Positions 1 to 12,078 of a stretch of DNA of 43,982 bases are shown here, piece after piece. The translations under genes and the position numbers were made by a program. Every line of letters starts with the position of its first letter. Position 1 is the stretch's first letter. Source of the DNA: Macrostomum lignano (taxonomy: Eukaryota); contig NIVC01004501.1 in the NCBI GenBank assembly GCA_002269645.1, positions 1 to 43,982 of the forward strand, written 5' to 3'. A model generated the notes under the pieces. The model saw nothing but the letters and a program-made list of their open reading frames with translations, did no database searches and had not been told where the DNA came from.

Positions 1-48
1 GAATAACTTACTAAGCTTATAAGCCGTGTAAGTCAGAACAAAAGTCAC

Positions 49-2049
49 ATGACATCGCTACGTCAAACAGCGATTGGCATCGAACGAAAACTGGACGAGA
101 ACGACAATGCCTTATCAGCATCGTCCAGCAGTAACGACGAGGACTTTGATGAAGACTTCGAAGAGAATGCTGACTCCGAGCTGGTCGCAGCCGAAGCTAC
201 CGAGCTGACGCTTGAAGACGACCCGACTGCGACCTGTGGTCAGCCAAGGCTTCCTGCGCGGCGTCTACGACTACGACGAAGGAGACGATAATGAAGAAGA
301 AGAAGAAGAGGAACTCGGCGACGACTACGGCGAGGAAGATGGCGATGAAGCTGCTGGCAGCTTCCGTTTAGTCAGGCAGGCGAAACCGTCTGTCAGTCAG
401 CGAGCGGAGGAGCGCAGGGCAGAACTGCGGCCAGCCATCTCCACCTGCCGGAGCTGCCGCCCGCAACGGGGGCGCAACTGGTAGCGCCAGCCGATCACTA
501 GTGTACCCGTCTCCATGCAACGCCGAACAAACTTCTTCGCAAAATCAAGCAGCGCAGCCTGTGCGTAAAAAGAAAAGAAAAAAAAGTGAGGAACAGAACT
601 GCGTGAATCTTCTGTTAAAGTACATTGTAATACTGTTCACGTAGTCATTTTATGAGAAAACTAATATTTAACATTCCTTTATATTAACAGAAGCTACGAG
701 ATTTGTTTGAGCAACTGCAAGTATGAAGTTGGTAAGTACTGCATTGTGTCTATCTGATGTCGTACTGAACTGAACTGAAACTGAATCACCGCTTTTGACA
801 GGGGAATTACCGGTTTGTAAGGGATCAACTGGTTTTGACAGGGAACTACCGATTTCGGACGGGGAATGACCTGGTTTGTCCATGGAAGTATCGGTTTTGA
901 CAGGGAATCACTGGTTTTGACAGGGGAATTACCGGTTTTGACAGAGGAATCACCGGTTTTTACAGGGGAATCACCGGTTGACAGAGGAATCACCGGTTTG
1001 ACAGGGAATTACCGGTTTTGACAGGGGAATTACCGGTTTTGACAGGGGAATTACCGGTTTTGACAGGGGAATTACCGGTTTTGACAGGGGAACTAATGGG
1101 ATTACTGGTTTCGACAAAGGAATGTACTGATTTTTACTGGCAAAAAATTTCAAATTTCAACGCAACAATTTCAGTGCAAAAAGCTGCCCAAAAATCGGCT
1201 TGAAGGAAAGTTGAAGAAGACGACGAATGGAACGTGCTGTGGACTGACACCTACGTGTCAATGGACAGAGCGTGTTCAATGAAGAAATACCAGGTAATCA
1301 ATTTGACTTAATTTGAAACTTCCCATGATACCAACTTGCGAGAAAGTCTATGATCGATAAAATTGTGCCCGCAGAAAATTAACCATTTCCCTGGGATGAG
1401 CGAAATCTGTCGCAAAGATTGCCTGGGAAGAAACTTGGCAAGAATGCGAAAAACTATTTCCCAAGAGTACAACTTCGCTCCGCGACTTGGGTGCTGCCGC
1501 TGAGTGAGCACTGCTCCACTGTTTTATTTACCGTCTATTCCACCAGCGATTCTTCATTACAGATTCCTATCTTTAATCGTCATGAAACAGATCCCAATCA
1601 CAGATCCCAATCACACAGATCCCCATCACACAGATCCCCTTCACACAAATCCTCATCACGCAGACCCCCACGCCCACCACACAGATCCCCATCACACAGA
1701 TCCCCATCACACAGATCCCCATCACACAGATCCCCACCACGCAGATCCTCATCACACAGATCCCCATCACACAGATCCTCATCACACAGATCCCCATCAC
1801 ACAGATCCCCATCACACAGATCCCCATCACACAGATCCGCAACCCCCATAATGTGCCGCAGCTATGGCGATTTCCAAGCTACGCGCGGGCCAACAAGAAG
1901 CACCGCACCTACATTGTAAAGCCAGACGCCGGTTGCCAGGGCAAAGGGATCTGGTTTACGACGAAATCCTAAGGATATTAAGCCTGGCGACAATCAAGTT
2001 TGCCAGACTTTACGTATCCAAGGTAAGTTTTTACAATTGCATACCAGCG

Positions 2050-2124
<75 letters not shown>

Positions 2125-2136
2125 CCTAACTAACTG

Positions 2137-2191
<55 letters not shown>

Positions 2192-2216
2192 GACTGACTA
2201 ACTAACTAACTAACTG

Positions 2217-2279
<63 letters not shown>

Positions 2280-2311
2280 GACTGACTAACTAACTAACTA
2301 ACTGACTAACT

Positions 2312-2360
<49 letters not shown>

Positions 2361-2405
2361 GACTGACTAACTACCTAACTAACTGACTAACTAACTAACT
2401 AACTG

Positions 2406-2453
<48 letters not shown>

Positions 2454-2476
2454 CTAACTAACTAACTAACTGACTG

Positions 2477-2522
<46 letters not shown>

Positions 2523-2551
2523 AATAACTAACTAACTAAACTAACTGACTG

Positions 2552-2613
<62 letters not shown>

Positions 2614-5600
2614 GAACTAACTAACTAACGAACTAACTAACTAACCAACTAAACCAGGAATCATAATATTGTTAAAACATGTCCCCGCAGCCACTGCTCA
2701 TTGACGGTTACAAATTCCGATCTTCGAATTTACGTGTTGGTGACGAGCTGCGATCCGCTGAAAATCTCGTGTTCAAGGAGGGCTTGGCGAGATTCACCAC
2801 CGTCAAGTACAAAGATCCAACTGCTGGGAACCTGGTGAGCGTGAGCGAGAATCAACAATTCCTTGCCTCATCAGTAGAGTTTAAATTCGCTTCAGAATCA
2901 TTCCAGAAAGTTTTAGGTTCTTGACTTAACGCTAACTTACTTCAAAGTTAGACCATTTCGATAGACCATTTCGATAATGGTCTATCGAAAACACGGGAAA
3001 ATCTAGATTACGATTACTCACGCTTGATGACTCAGCGCTGAGTTTACGTCCAGGCGCGACCCCGCTGATGTGACGCTGGACTGCATGATATCTGAGGGCC
3101 GCAACTGGTGAATTATTAATCGCCGCACTCGCTGACATGCATGGTCAGGAAAGAGATTTTCCGGCCTCAGAGAATGAGAATGGACTCAGTTATTCTTGTA
3201 AAGCGCCCAGTCCTGGAGGCGCCCAACCAGATTATATTTGCTCATTAGCAATGTGCTCTTTCTCATGGAAAAAAACAGGTCGAAAGAGGCGAGAAGTGTG
3301 TCCCGTGTGGTGGCAGCCTGTATTTGCATAGAGATTTTAGCCGTAGAGTCACGGGTATTGAACTTGTTAGGTAAACACAAGTTGTACCTCCTGAATTAGT
3401 ACTTGTTAGACGGGAGTGTAACTGTTAGATAGGAGTGGTACCTGTTAGATAGGAGTGGTACCTGTTAGGTAGGAGTGGTACCTTAGATAGGAGTGGTACC
3501 TGTTAGATAGGGGTGATACCTGTTAGGTGGGAGTGATACCTGTTAGGTGGGAGTGATACCTGTTGCGCAGGAGAGGTACCTGTTAGGTACTCGTAGGAGT
3601 GATAAAAATTCGACTTAAGTTGCATCCGTTCTGAGCTCGTAAATCGTCTTTCGAAGTGCAAATACTCATGTCAGTCACCGACTTGACCCACCCCATTCCC
3701 GCAGGAAAATGTCTTCATGCATTTAACTAATTACGCAGTCCAAAAAAATCGCAAAGATTTTGTTAGAAACGACGAAGAAGGCGGAACTAAACGGTGAGAC
3801 TATAGTTGCATTTCAAAATCGCGCCAATTTTATTCCGGAAAAAATTTACGCACAAAAACACACGTACACGTACTATTGTTATTAAAAATGGACTCTGATA
3901 AAGCAGGCTAATATACATGTATATTTTGAAATGATTGGCTTCTATGCTTCGGCGACATCGTCCCGAAACCAGCGCTGCGTTAATTCTGCCCATTCCACTG
4001 ACTGCTGAGCACATACGAGACACACGCTCACACGGGGTGTACACCGGCCCTTTGACTTTCTAGTCGTCAGGCATGTGCACTCTCTGTGCCCTGGGATTGG
4101 CCCTCATCGGTCGGGGAATAGCACAACAACCACTTTGAGCCCACAACTCAACCACTTGAGTGCTTCAATTATATCAAACCAATTTCCAATTTTTCAGTCG
4201 AATATCAACAATAAACCGGTGGTGCTGTGCAGAACAACTATGACGCGGCAAAGCTGTGGTCGGACATTGATGACGTCATCATTAAGACAATCATTTCGGC
4301 GCACAGCGTACTGAGGCACAATTATCGATCGTGCTTTCCAAACCACGTCAAAGGTTCAGCGTGCTTTGAGATTCTTGGATTTGACATTTTGTTGGATAGA
4401 AAACTGAGACCATTGTGCTGGAGGTGAGTCACCGCTAGGCCGGGATGGATTTGACATTTTGTTGGATAGAAAACTGAGACCCATTGTGTGCTGGAGGTGA
4501 GTCACCGCTAGGCCGGGATGGATTTGATGCGGTCCAATTTGACATTTTGTTGGATAGAAAACTGAGACCATTGTGCTGGAGGTGAGTCACCGCTAGGCCG
4601 GGATGGATTTGATGAGGCAGTAATTGTCCTTGAAAACTACCGAAACAGGAAAAAAGTTCGTTGAATCCTGCTTTCAGCTTTAACTGAGAAAATTACAGCT
4701 AAAGAGTAAAAATATGGGAACATTTTTGTCTACGTCTCTGGTGGGTTTTCTAGATTTTCTAAATTTGTCCACACATGGACCGGTTTAGCATAGCAACTGA
4801 GCGCTGATTAGAGCCGACAGTGGGGACAGGGAAATTTTGCTTAAGCATGCTAGAAAAAATCTCTCAAGGTAAAAAATTAGAGGCCAGTTGAGACCGTCTG
4901 TGGTACTGCACTCGGACAACAAAGAAATCTTGAGCCCAACACAATACCCGTGCGATGGCTTGATGATGGAAGGTTGCAGCGAGTCAACAATGGTGTGAGG
5001 AGGGGGACCTTGACTCCCTCGTGTCGGGAGGGAAGGGAAGCAGGATTAAGGAGGATTAAGGAGGCGAAATCCAAACTGCATCCTATCCTATTCTCGGACC
5101 TCCTGCTGTGTCTAAACTGTGGCAGCAGCGGAGAGGGCTGAGAGGTGAGAGAGAGGAGGGAATAACAAGGTAAGTGTTGTAGCCATAGCCGTGGCTTCGC
5201 TGCTATTGCTTGCAAAAGAGATTGTTGGACAAAAGCGAGTACTTATTAAGTGTATCATGGGTTCTTAAGTGCAGTGATTATGTAGAATTTATGGCCAACA
5301 GAAATTGACGGACGCTGCCAACAAATCGGATTCGTCTAGCGCGGACTTTTATTGACTAAATTCGTCTATGGCAGAACCCCATTCAGCGCTGTGTTTTGTA
5401 GAGCATACAAAAATGCACTGGCAATACCCACTTAGCGATCTCAAGCTCATTTCTAAGAAATCGAGTTAAAATAAATGAGAATAATTAAGAAAGCTCCTAG
5501 TTTGCCGCGTGACTTATCTCGTAGCTGCCCAGGCTGATTCCAAGTGCAGTCACGTTAATTTGGGGCTAAATTGGAATCTCGGCTTGGCTCTGCTCGTGCA

Positions 5601-8600
5601 CTTAATGGCCTTGAGGGCCAACCCCCAAGGCACAGTGAAGTTTACATGCCTAGGGCCCCTGTACACTCCTGTGTGAGTGTGTGCTGTGCGTATGACTGCT
5701 CAGGGGAGTCAGCGGAACGGGCAGTAATTGCCTCTCACCGGTTGCTCGACAATGTCGCTTAAAGTGCGCCAGGGTGCACACAACCCACGCCTCTATTAAT
5801 TATTAATATCACAAAGCTAAAAGTACATCCATCGATTTCCTGGAATCGCATTGCGCGCAGTGAACCACAGTCTCGTCATTCGCCACCGACTCCCGGCTGG
5901 ACAAAGAGATCAAGGAGGCCCTGATCTGGGACACCCTGCACCTCATCAACATTGGCGCTGTTGACAAGAAAAAAGCAATCGAAGATGAGAAACGAAAAGT
6001 TCGAGAGCGACTCTTCCAGCGCAGCAACAAGAAAGAGGCCAGGTGAGTGTCCGGGGTGTCCGAGAGTGTTACTGTCCGGCAATGGAGCCGAACCGCTGCT
6101 CGAATGCCACAAACTTTGCGGCGATGTATGAACAACAGATTTTAATAGAGAGAAACAGATAAAAATTAACAAAAACAGACAGAAGCAGACAGAAGCAGAC
6201 AGAAACAGAAACAGACAGAAGCAGACAGAAGCAGACAGAAGCAGACAGAAACAGACAGCAAGATACAGCAACATACAGAAACAGACAGAAGCAGACAGAA
6301 ACAGACAGAAACAGACAATAGAATGCAACAGAATGAACGACAAAACCAGAAAGAAGCAGCACACATAATATTCAAGTAGAATTGCAGGGAGTTCGCTAAG
6401 AGAATAAACTGCAAAACCCCCCCCCCCGAGGGAGAGTGCATGCACATACAAAACTGTCCTGGTGTTTGAAACTACTTGAGAAGCTCGTGTGTGAAAGACA
6501 AGCACTTAGAATTCGAAGGTGCAGTTCTAAAGCCTACAATAGACTTGAGTATAGACTCAAAAAAACTCTTTCAAATGCTGCTATATATTCATACCTGTGT
6601 TTGCACAATAACTGCTCAACTGCTCAATTATCTGAGTAGCTGGGAATCTGCAGCTCAACCGTTTCTCTTCGGGTTGGCTAAAATGTAGATTTTACTCTTT
6701 TAATTTGCAGCTCCATTAATAAATTATTTACTGCAGATTGAAGCTGTCCAGGATGCGTGTAGCACTTCCAGATTCAACTTCCAGATTCAAACCCAATAGT
6801 ATCAAATTTAATGACAATAGTCAGAGCACTGCTTTAATTTCGATTTCAGGAAGCTTCGGTGTCAATCAACAACTAGTAAAAATTTACTTTGTTAATTCGA
6901 CGTAAAAGATCAACATTTTGAGAATTAAAATCATATTTATTGTTTTTTTTAATCCAAGTTCACTAAATTTAATAAACGGCTATGGCCCTTTGACAGTCCA
7001 TGTTCGAGTAACCTATGATATATGATTAATTTCGTAACTTGGTATTAAGTCATAAAATATCATTAAGCCTTAACTAAGACCAGAAACACTTGATCAGTTT
7101 GCCGATATTTACACGTAACCTCTGTGTTGCTTACACACACAGTCTCATCAATGCTCAAATCAACTGATTTTTGCTGTCACAGCCATCCTGATTGATAAGC
7201 AGTTTAATTACGAGTATCATAATTATGTATTGAGGCTGATAACTAGGACGGTCCTGAGAACCTATCTTTAAGGAGAACTAAATCCCAGCTCACTCCTCAT
7301 CTTATGAACTCCCCTCGTCTCTCCTCTCCTCTCATCTCCTTTCCTCTCCTCTCTCTCCTCTCTCCTCTCATCTCCTCTTCCTCCTCTCCTCTCCTCTCCT
7401 CCTCTCCTCTCCTCTCCTCTCATCTCCTCTCCTCTCCTCTCCTCTCCTCTCCTCTCCTCTCATCTCCTTTCCTCTCCTCTCCTCTCATCTCTTCCTCTCC
7501 TCTCCTCTCATCTCCTTTCCTCTCATCTCCTCTGCTCTCACCTCCTCCCTCTCCTTTCCTCTCCTCTCCTCTTCTCCTCTCCTCTCATCTCCTTTCCTCT
7601 CATCTCCTCTGCTATCATCTTCTCCCCTTTCCTTTCCCCTCCTCTCCTCTGTTCTCACCAGCTCTCCTCTCCTGAGCCCTTGCAAGCCTCTCTCACCTGC
7701 AACCCACCAACTGCAGAGAGGAATTGGAACGCGAAGCGGCTCGCTTTGCCGAAGCTCAGGAGCGCTACGAGAATGATCACCTGGGCAACTACCGGCGCAT
7801 CTACCCCCTGTCAACGCCGGCGGCCACTGATCGGTACGAGCGGTTTTTCACTCAGGCTGCCTCGCTGTACCAGGAGACGGCGGCAACCAAAGCCCGGGCC
7901 GACTGCGCCAGACAGCAACGCGAGGAGATTGAGAAGAAGCTGCAGTTGTTGAAGGGGCCTCAGCGTGGCGGCGGCGGCGGCGGCGGTGGAGGTGGAAGTG
8001 AAGTGCGCCAGCTGCCAGTGAGACCCGAGAGTCCGGATTCAGATGCAGCGATGCAGACGCAGCGAAGACAGCGGCAGAGGCAGCGGCAGGGACTGTCCAA
8101 TTCTCGGCAGCAGCAGAGACGGTCGCAGCAGCAGCAACAGAGGCAGCGGATGAGTCGGCGAACTGGAGCCAGTCCAGTGAGTTGCGGCCGTGTTGGTGCT
8201 GTATTGTGTGACTGAGTTGGTGCTGTAGCTTGTGGCTGAGTTGGTGCTGTATTGTGTGACTGAGTTGGTGCTGTAGCTTGTGGCTGAGTTGGTGCTGTAG
8301 CTTGTGACTGAGTTGGTGCTGTAGCTTGTGACTGAGTTGGTGCTGTAGCTTGTGACTGAGTTGGTGCTGTAGCTTGTGACTGAGTTGGTGCTGTAGCTTG
8401 TGACTGAGTTGGTGCTGTAGCTTGTGATGTTCATTGCCGTACAACCAGAAAAACGAGTCGTTATAGTGTTCTAAATAGACAAAACATCAGTACGAGCGTA
8501 TCCTACTAAAAATAAGTAGAGCAAAGCGGACATGACCGTTATTTTACCCACAGAGCGGTCCCGAACCCGTGTTTGACACCAGTCAGCCAGTGCCGATTGT

Positions 8601-10306
8601 TGACGAAGAAGAAATTCAGCGACTATCCGGTCTGCTGCAACGGGACAGCCTAGTTCGCGGCATGGGAGTGGTGGAACTGGTCTACCGAATGCTGCACTGC
8701 ACTGCCGGCACCATGGCTCTGATTCCTACTAGTTACCCGGTGACTTTGCCTGGCAACGGTATCCATGGCAACGGACCAAACGCTACTAATAATCAAACAA
8801 CGCGCTCTTCATACAACGACGAATTGTCTGCTAGCAAGTTTGGAGCAGGCATGGTGACGACAGGAAATTTTCAGCATTCGCAAAGGTCCGGATCGAACCA
8901 GAGTCTGCGGCAGTCGCAGTTCGGTGGCTACCCAGCTGTTCCTGCCAGTAATGCCACCGTACCGCCGTTGTTGCCAGCCAGTCAGAGACCGTCTTATCTG
9001 CAGCAGCAACAGCAGCAGCAGCATGCTCCAGAGCTTCCAATACCATTGTCTGCTGGCAGAGCACGCGTTGGTGCGTTTCTTAACGAAGGATGGCTAAATC
9101 AAATGATTTCTAATTTTCTCCTAAGGTTGTAAGAGAAATATTTCAGCATTAGACTAGCAATCTAGTGTCCCCCTCTGGGGCGGCCGATAAGCCAGAACTG
9201 TACTTTACATTGACTAGCATTTCATTAGTTTCCAGCGCACATGGGAACAGCGCAAATGCAAGGCCAACACAAGGGTTCAAAAATCGGCACCCATTCGAGC
9301 ATACGGTCACATGATTTCCATGGTCATTGTTAAACAACAAAAAAGAGTTCATCAAAACTTATATCGAAATTTAACAAACTTTAATTTGGTATTGCATTCC
9401 TTCAATATACCGAGGATGAACTTTTCCATTTCCAACGTCAGTTATTTTACCCTTTAGGAAAAATTGGGACCTTTTCAAATGCAGTACAGTAACAGTAAGT
9501 CAATGGTCCCTTCCAAACTCATTAGGATATTCAAATAATTGGATTTTGAAAACCTTCCTGCAATTCTAAAAGTATTTGGACAAACTGAAAGAAACCTGCT
9601 ACTTTTAATTCGAGGTGCACTTTAAGCGACATTGTCGCACAACCGGCGAGAGGCATTGCTGCCCATTCCACCGACTCCCCTGAGCAGGCACAAGCGCGCG
9701 GATACGTACGCAGTCATACGCACAGGCACACACGCACACAGGAGTGTACAGCGGCCCTAACTTTTTTATCGTTAGGCATGTACACTTCACTGTGCCTTGG
9801 GGGTTGGCCCTCAAGGCCGTTAATTGCACGAGCAGAGCCAAGCCAAGATTACAATTTAGCTCCAAATTAATGCGACTGCATTTGGAACCGAGCCTGTCCG
9901 TTGTACTTTTAGGCCACTAGGCTGTAGTCTCCCATTCTCTGCTATAAAAACTAACCTATACAGCAATCGTCCTTGTTTTGCAGGACCGCCGCGACTGGGT
10001 CACTACGGCCACCGGCAACCGCACAGTAGGGCGGTCCCAGCGGCCCTGCCAACCACCGCTCAGCAGCAGCTGGTGCAGCAGCAGCAGCAGCAGCAGCAGC
10101 AGAGCCAACTGTTTCCTCAAGTCAGTCTGTCGGCGGCCAACATTCAACCAACGGCAACTCAAGCTGCGGGATTCGCCGGTCTGTCAATCATTTCCGGAGC
10201 TGCCCCGGCCGCCACAGCGGCTACGGCTGCAGCCCGGCGACAGAAAGTTGTTGGCGGCAGGTCGAATGAAGCCGCGCCAACAGAGGGCGGCTTGCTGATG
10301 CGCTGA
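49..10306 (+). CDS. TTLL6: Tubulin polyglutamylase TTLL6/TTLL13-like (12 exons; apparent 1-nt indels in exons 1-9)
   Basis: Hand-assembled exons with GT-AG borders: ~49-585, 691-731, 1175-1293, 1375-1503, 1862-2022, 2691-2834, 3705-3793, 4198-4423, ~5861-6042, 7717-8176, 8554-9070, 9984-10306. Indel-corrected translation gives TTL-family motifs: KKKRKK-SYEICLSNCKYE, WNVLWTD, KINHFPGMSEICRKD, YIVKPDAGCQGKGIW, PLLIDGYKFDLRIYVLVTSCDPL, EGLARF, FMHLTNYAVQK, IDDVIIKTIISAH, CFEILGFDILLD, VNHSPSFATDSRLDKEIK, QETAATKAR. The TTLL6 versus TTLL13 assignment is not resolved. Confidence 0.92.
793..1112. repeat. 21-nt minisatellite (TTTTGACAGGGGAATTACCGG), TTLL intron 2
   Basis: Direct inspection; explains the TGELPVL / KPVIPLS ORFs. 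Confidence 0.95.
1587..1840. repeat. 15-nt minisatellite (CACACAGATCCCCAT), TTLL intron 4
   Basis: Direct inspection. Confidence 0.95.
2052..2652. repeat. (CTAA)n microsatellite, TTLL intron 5
   Basis: About 600 nt of near-pure CTAA. Confidence 0.98.
3401..3600. repeat. 20-nt minisatellite (CCTGTTAGATAGGAGTGGTA), TTLL intron 6
   Basis: Direct inspection. Confidence 0.9.
3950..4110 (-). mobile_element. Same SINE family, copy in TTLL intron 7
   Basis: Shares ggggtgtacaccggccc-tttgactttctagtcgtcaggcatgtgcac...gggattggccctc with the other copies. Confidence 0.7.
4377..4620 (+). repeat. Tandem triplication of the TTLL exon 8 3' end plus 5' splice site (~70-85 nt units)
   Basis: tttgacattttgttggatagaaaactgagacc...tgctggagGTGAGTcaccgctaggccgggat occurs three times, with donors at 4424, 4497 and 4582. 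Confidence 0.95.
5570..5790 (+). mobile_element. Same SINE family, copy in TTLL intron 8
   Basis: ctctgctcgtgcacttaatggccttgagggccaacccccaaggc...ctgtacactcctgtgtgagtgtgtg...gacaatgtcgcttaaagtgc is the reverse complement of the 9612-9890 copy. Confidence 0.8.
6165..6320. repeat. (ACAGAAGCAG/ACAGAA)n low-complexity array, TTLL intron 9
   Basis: Direct inspection. Confidence 0.9.
7305..7675. repeat. (CTCCT)n polypyrimidine array before TTLL exon 10
   Basis: Direct inspection. Confidence 0.95.
8189..8427. repeat. 24-nt minisatellite (GAGTTGGTGCTGTAGCTTGTGACT), TTLL intron 10
   Basis: Starts about 12 nt after the donor at 8177. Confidence 0.95.
9612..9890 (-). mobile_element. Same SINE family, copy in TTLL intron 11
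   Basis: gcactttaagcgacattgtcgcacaaccggcgagaggcattgctgcc...aggagtgtacagcggccc...ccttgggggttggccctcaaggccgttaattgcacgagcagag. Confidence 0.8.
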
Positions 10307-11998
10307 CAGGCAGACTGACAGACAGAGCTCCAGAGCTTTAAATTGGCTGTGTCATATGGAACGATGCACCAAAAGGACCATTGGTACTAGTAGTAAGACA
10401 TGTAGGTCTGAACATCTATAAATTTGTTAAAATCGAAAATTCGCTTTAAAATGCATTCTGAGACAGGATGGTAGTCATTGCGAATGCAATTTAATACCAA
10501 TATGGGTACGGAGCTTTAACGGAATTTTCAAGTTTTTAAAAAACCCATTAACCGTCATTTAAAAATAGTATTTAGTATTAAATCTTAGTATTTTCAATTT
10601 TGATATCTAAATTCAATTAAACACAAAGCTCGTACCAATTTTATAAGCGCAAATGAAGTTCAAAAGGTGAAGTTGCTATCAAATTTCCAGAAAAAAACTG
10701 AAAAATTTGAGTCTCACGATTGCATCCTGGAGCGAAATTATGACTTTAAGTAATATTTTTTATCAATTTCTATTGAATAACTAACCTGCTTTTAACAGTC
10801 TTTAAAACAACGTTTCGTGTACCTCAATAACTTTGTGACAGTAAATTCACTACTTAATTCCGAATATATAATGTACAGCTTTGTTGGATATTTAGTTTTA
10901 AAATTTGCTTTCTAACACCTGATAAGCCCATTAGTTAAAGTCGAATTTTTGTTAAAGCAACATTGTGGAATCTCAGTGTCTACTACACTCTTGTTCTTAA
11001 TTTTTAAGAATTGATTTATCCTTAATTTCAGAATTTAACGAATGAAACCTTTTGCAGTGCATCTTTCACATAGTTGACGATGCTTTGCACTGGTTCTCTT
11101 TGCTTTTTGTTTTGGCAACAAACTGCTCAGATTTGCTTTCAATGTGAGTCCTTTGCACTACTCAGAAAGATTTTTGTTTTATTTTTTTCCACTTACTATA
11201 TACACATACTTTTTGAGGCCCCCACAGTTAGAATTATTCCGAGATAAAGTGTAGAAATCTTCCCAATGCAGTGCACAGAAGTTTGTTAATAAGTCTGACA
11301 ATATATTGTGAACTTTCATGGGAAACCTGCTGTATAGAATGACGCTACACACTCAAATTTCTTGGAAATGAGATGTGAGCCGGTAAGGAACCTACAGTAT
11401 GGTCTGGAGTGCGCATTGCACAGATTAAGGTTTTGCCATAGACAAATTCATTTCTAAGAAAATCGAGTGAACCGTAGCGTCCTTGTACTTCAGGTGTCCA
11501 TGGGCGACTTATTTTTGCAAATAATAGCTAATGAACTGAAACTGCATGCTGCTTTTACCATATCGGTAGAAGTTCTGACTTAATTGATTAACAAAATGTC
11601 GATAAGGGCCACAAGCCGTAGCCCTCAGTACAGCAAAGTGTGCATGCTTATCGCTCCCATGCTTCGACGACAGAAATAAAGAGCAATTATAATCTTTAGA
11701 CTGGCTTTAAGGACTAGATTACAAGAGATTGAATTCGATATGTTTACCTAGCTACACTGGGCCGCTTTACATGTAGATAGGCCATATCGAGTCAAGCAAA
11801 TCTTGGCTGTTTCACTGCAGTGCAACTGGGGGCAGACGGAGTTCAAGATTTCTGTACGGTCATGCAGCTAACACACAACGTTAGTCACGGCCCCACCAGT
11901 GCAGCAATCGACACTGTATCTAATCGGGCCTGACTGACTCAGTTTTCCATAACAATCTGCGCACCTGCGAGTCACGCGCACCCGCCTCTATCGAAGCG

Positions 11999-12007
11999 TA
12001 TTTATAA
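11999..12007 (+). promoter_or_regulatory. Possible TATA element of the stomatin gene
   Basis: TATTTATAA about 75 nt upstream of the ATG, with TGACTCA at ~11935. Confidence 0.3.
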
Positions 12008-12078
12008 GCTCTGAAAGCCCCTGTGGAAGACGCGGTGACGTTGAAATTTACAAGCAACTCCAACTGTACGAAGCCAGC

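Noticed and set aside
2052-2652. Interstitial telomeric repeat
   Set aside because: The unit is TTAG on the minus strand, not TTAGGG or TTAGG.
3025-3095. Possible intronic C/D box snoRNA (TGATGA 3025, CTGA 3065 and 3092)
   Set aside because: No convincing terminal stem, and I could not match the guides to rRNA or snRNA from memory. A snoscan/Infernal hit would reverse this.
5876-6505. 209-aa hydrophobic minus-strand ORF (SVCFCLLL repeats)
   Set aside because: Antisense translation of the ACAGAAGCAG array and TTLL exon 9.
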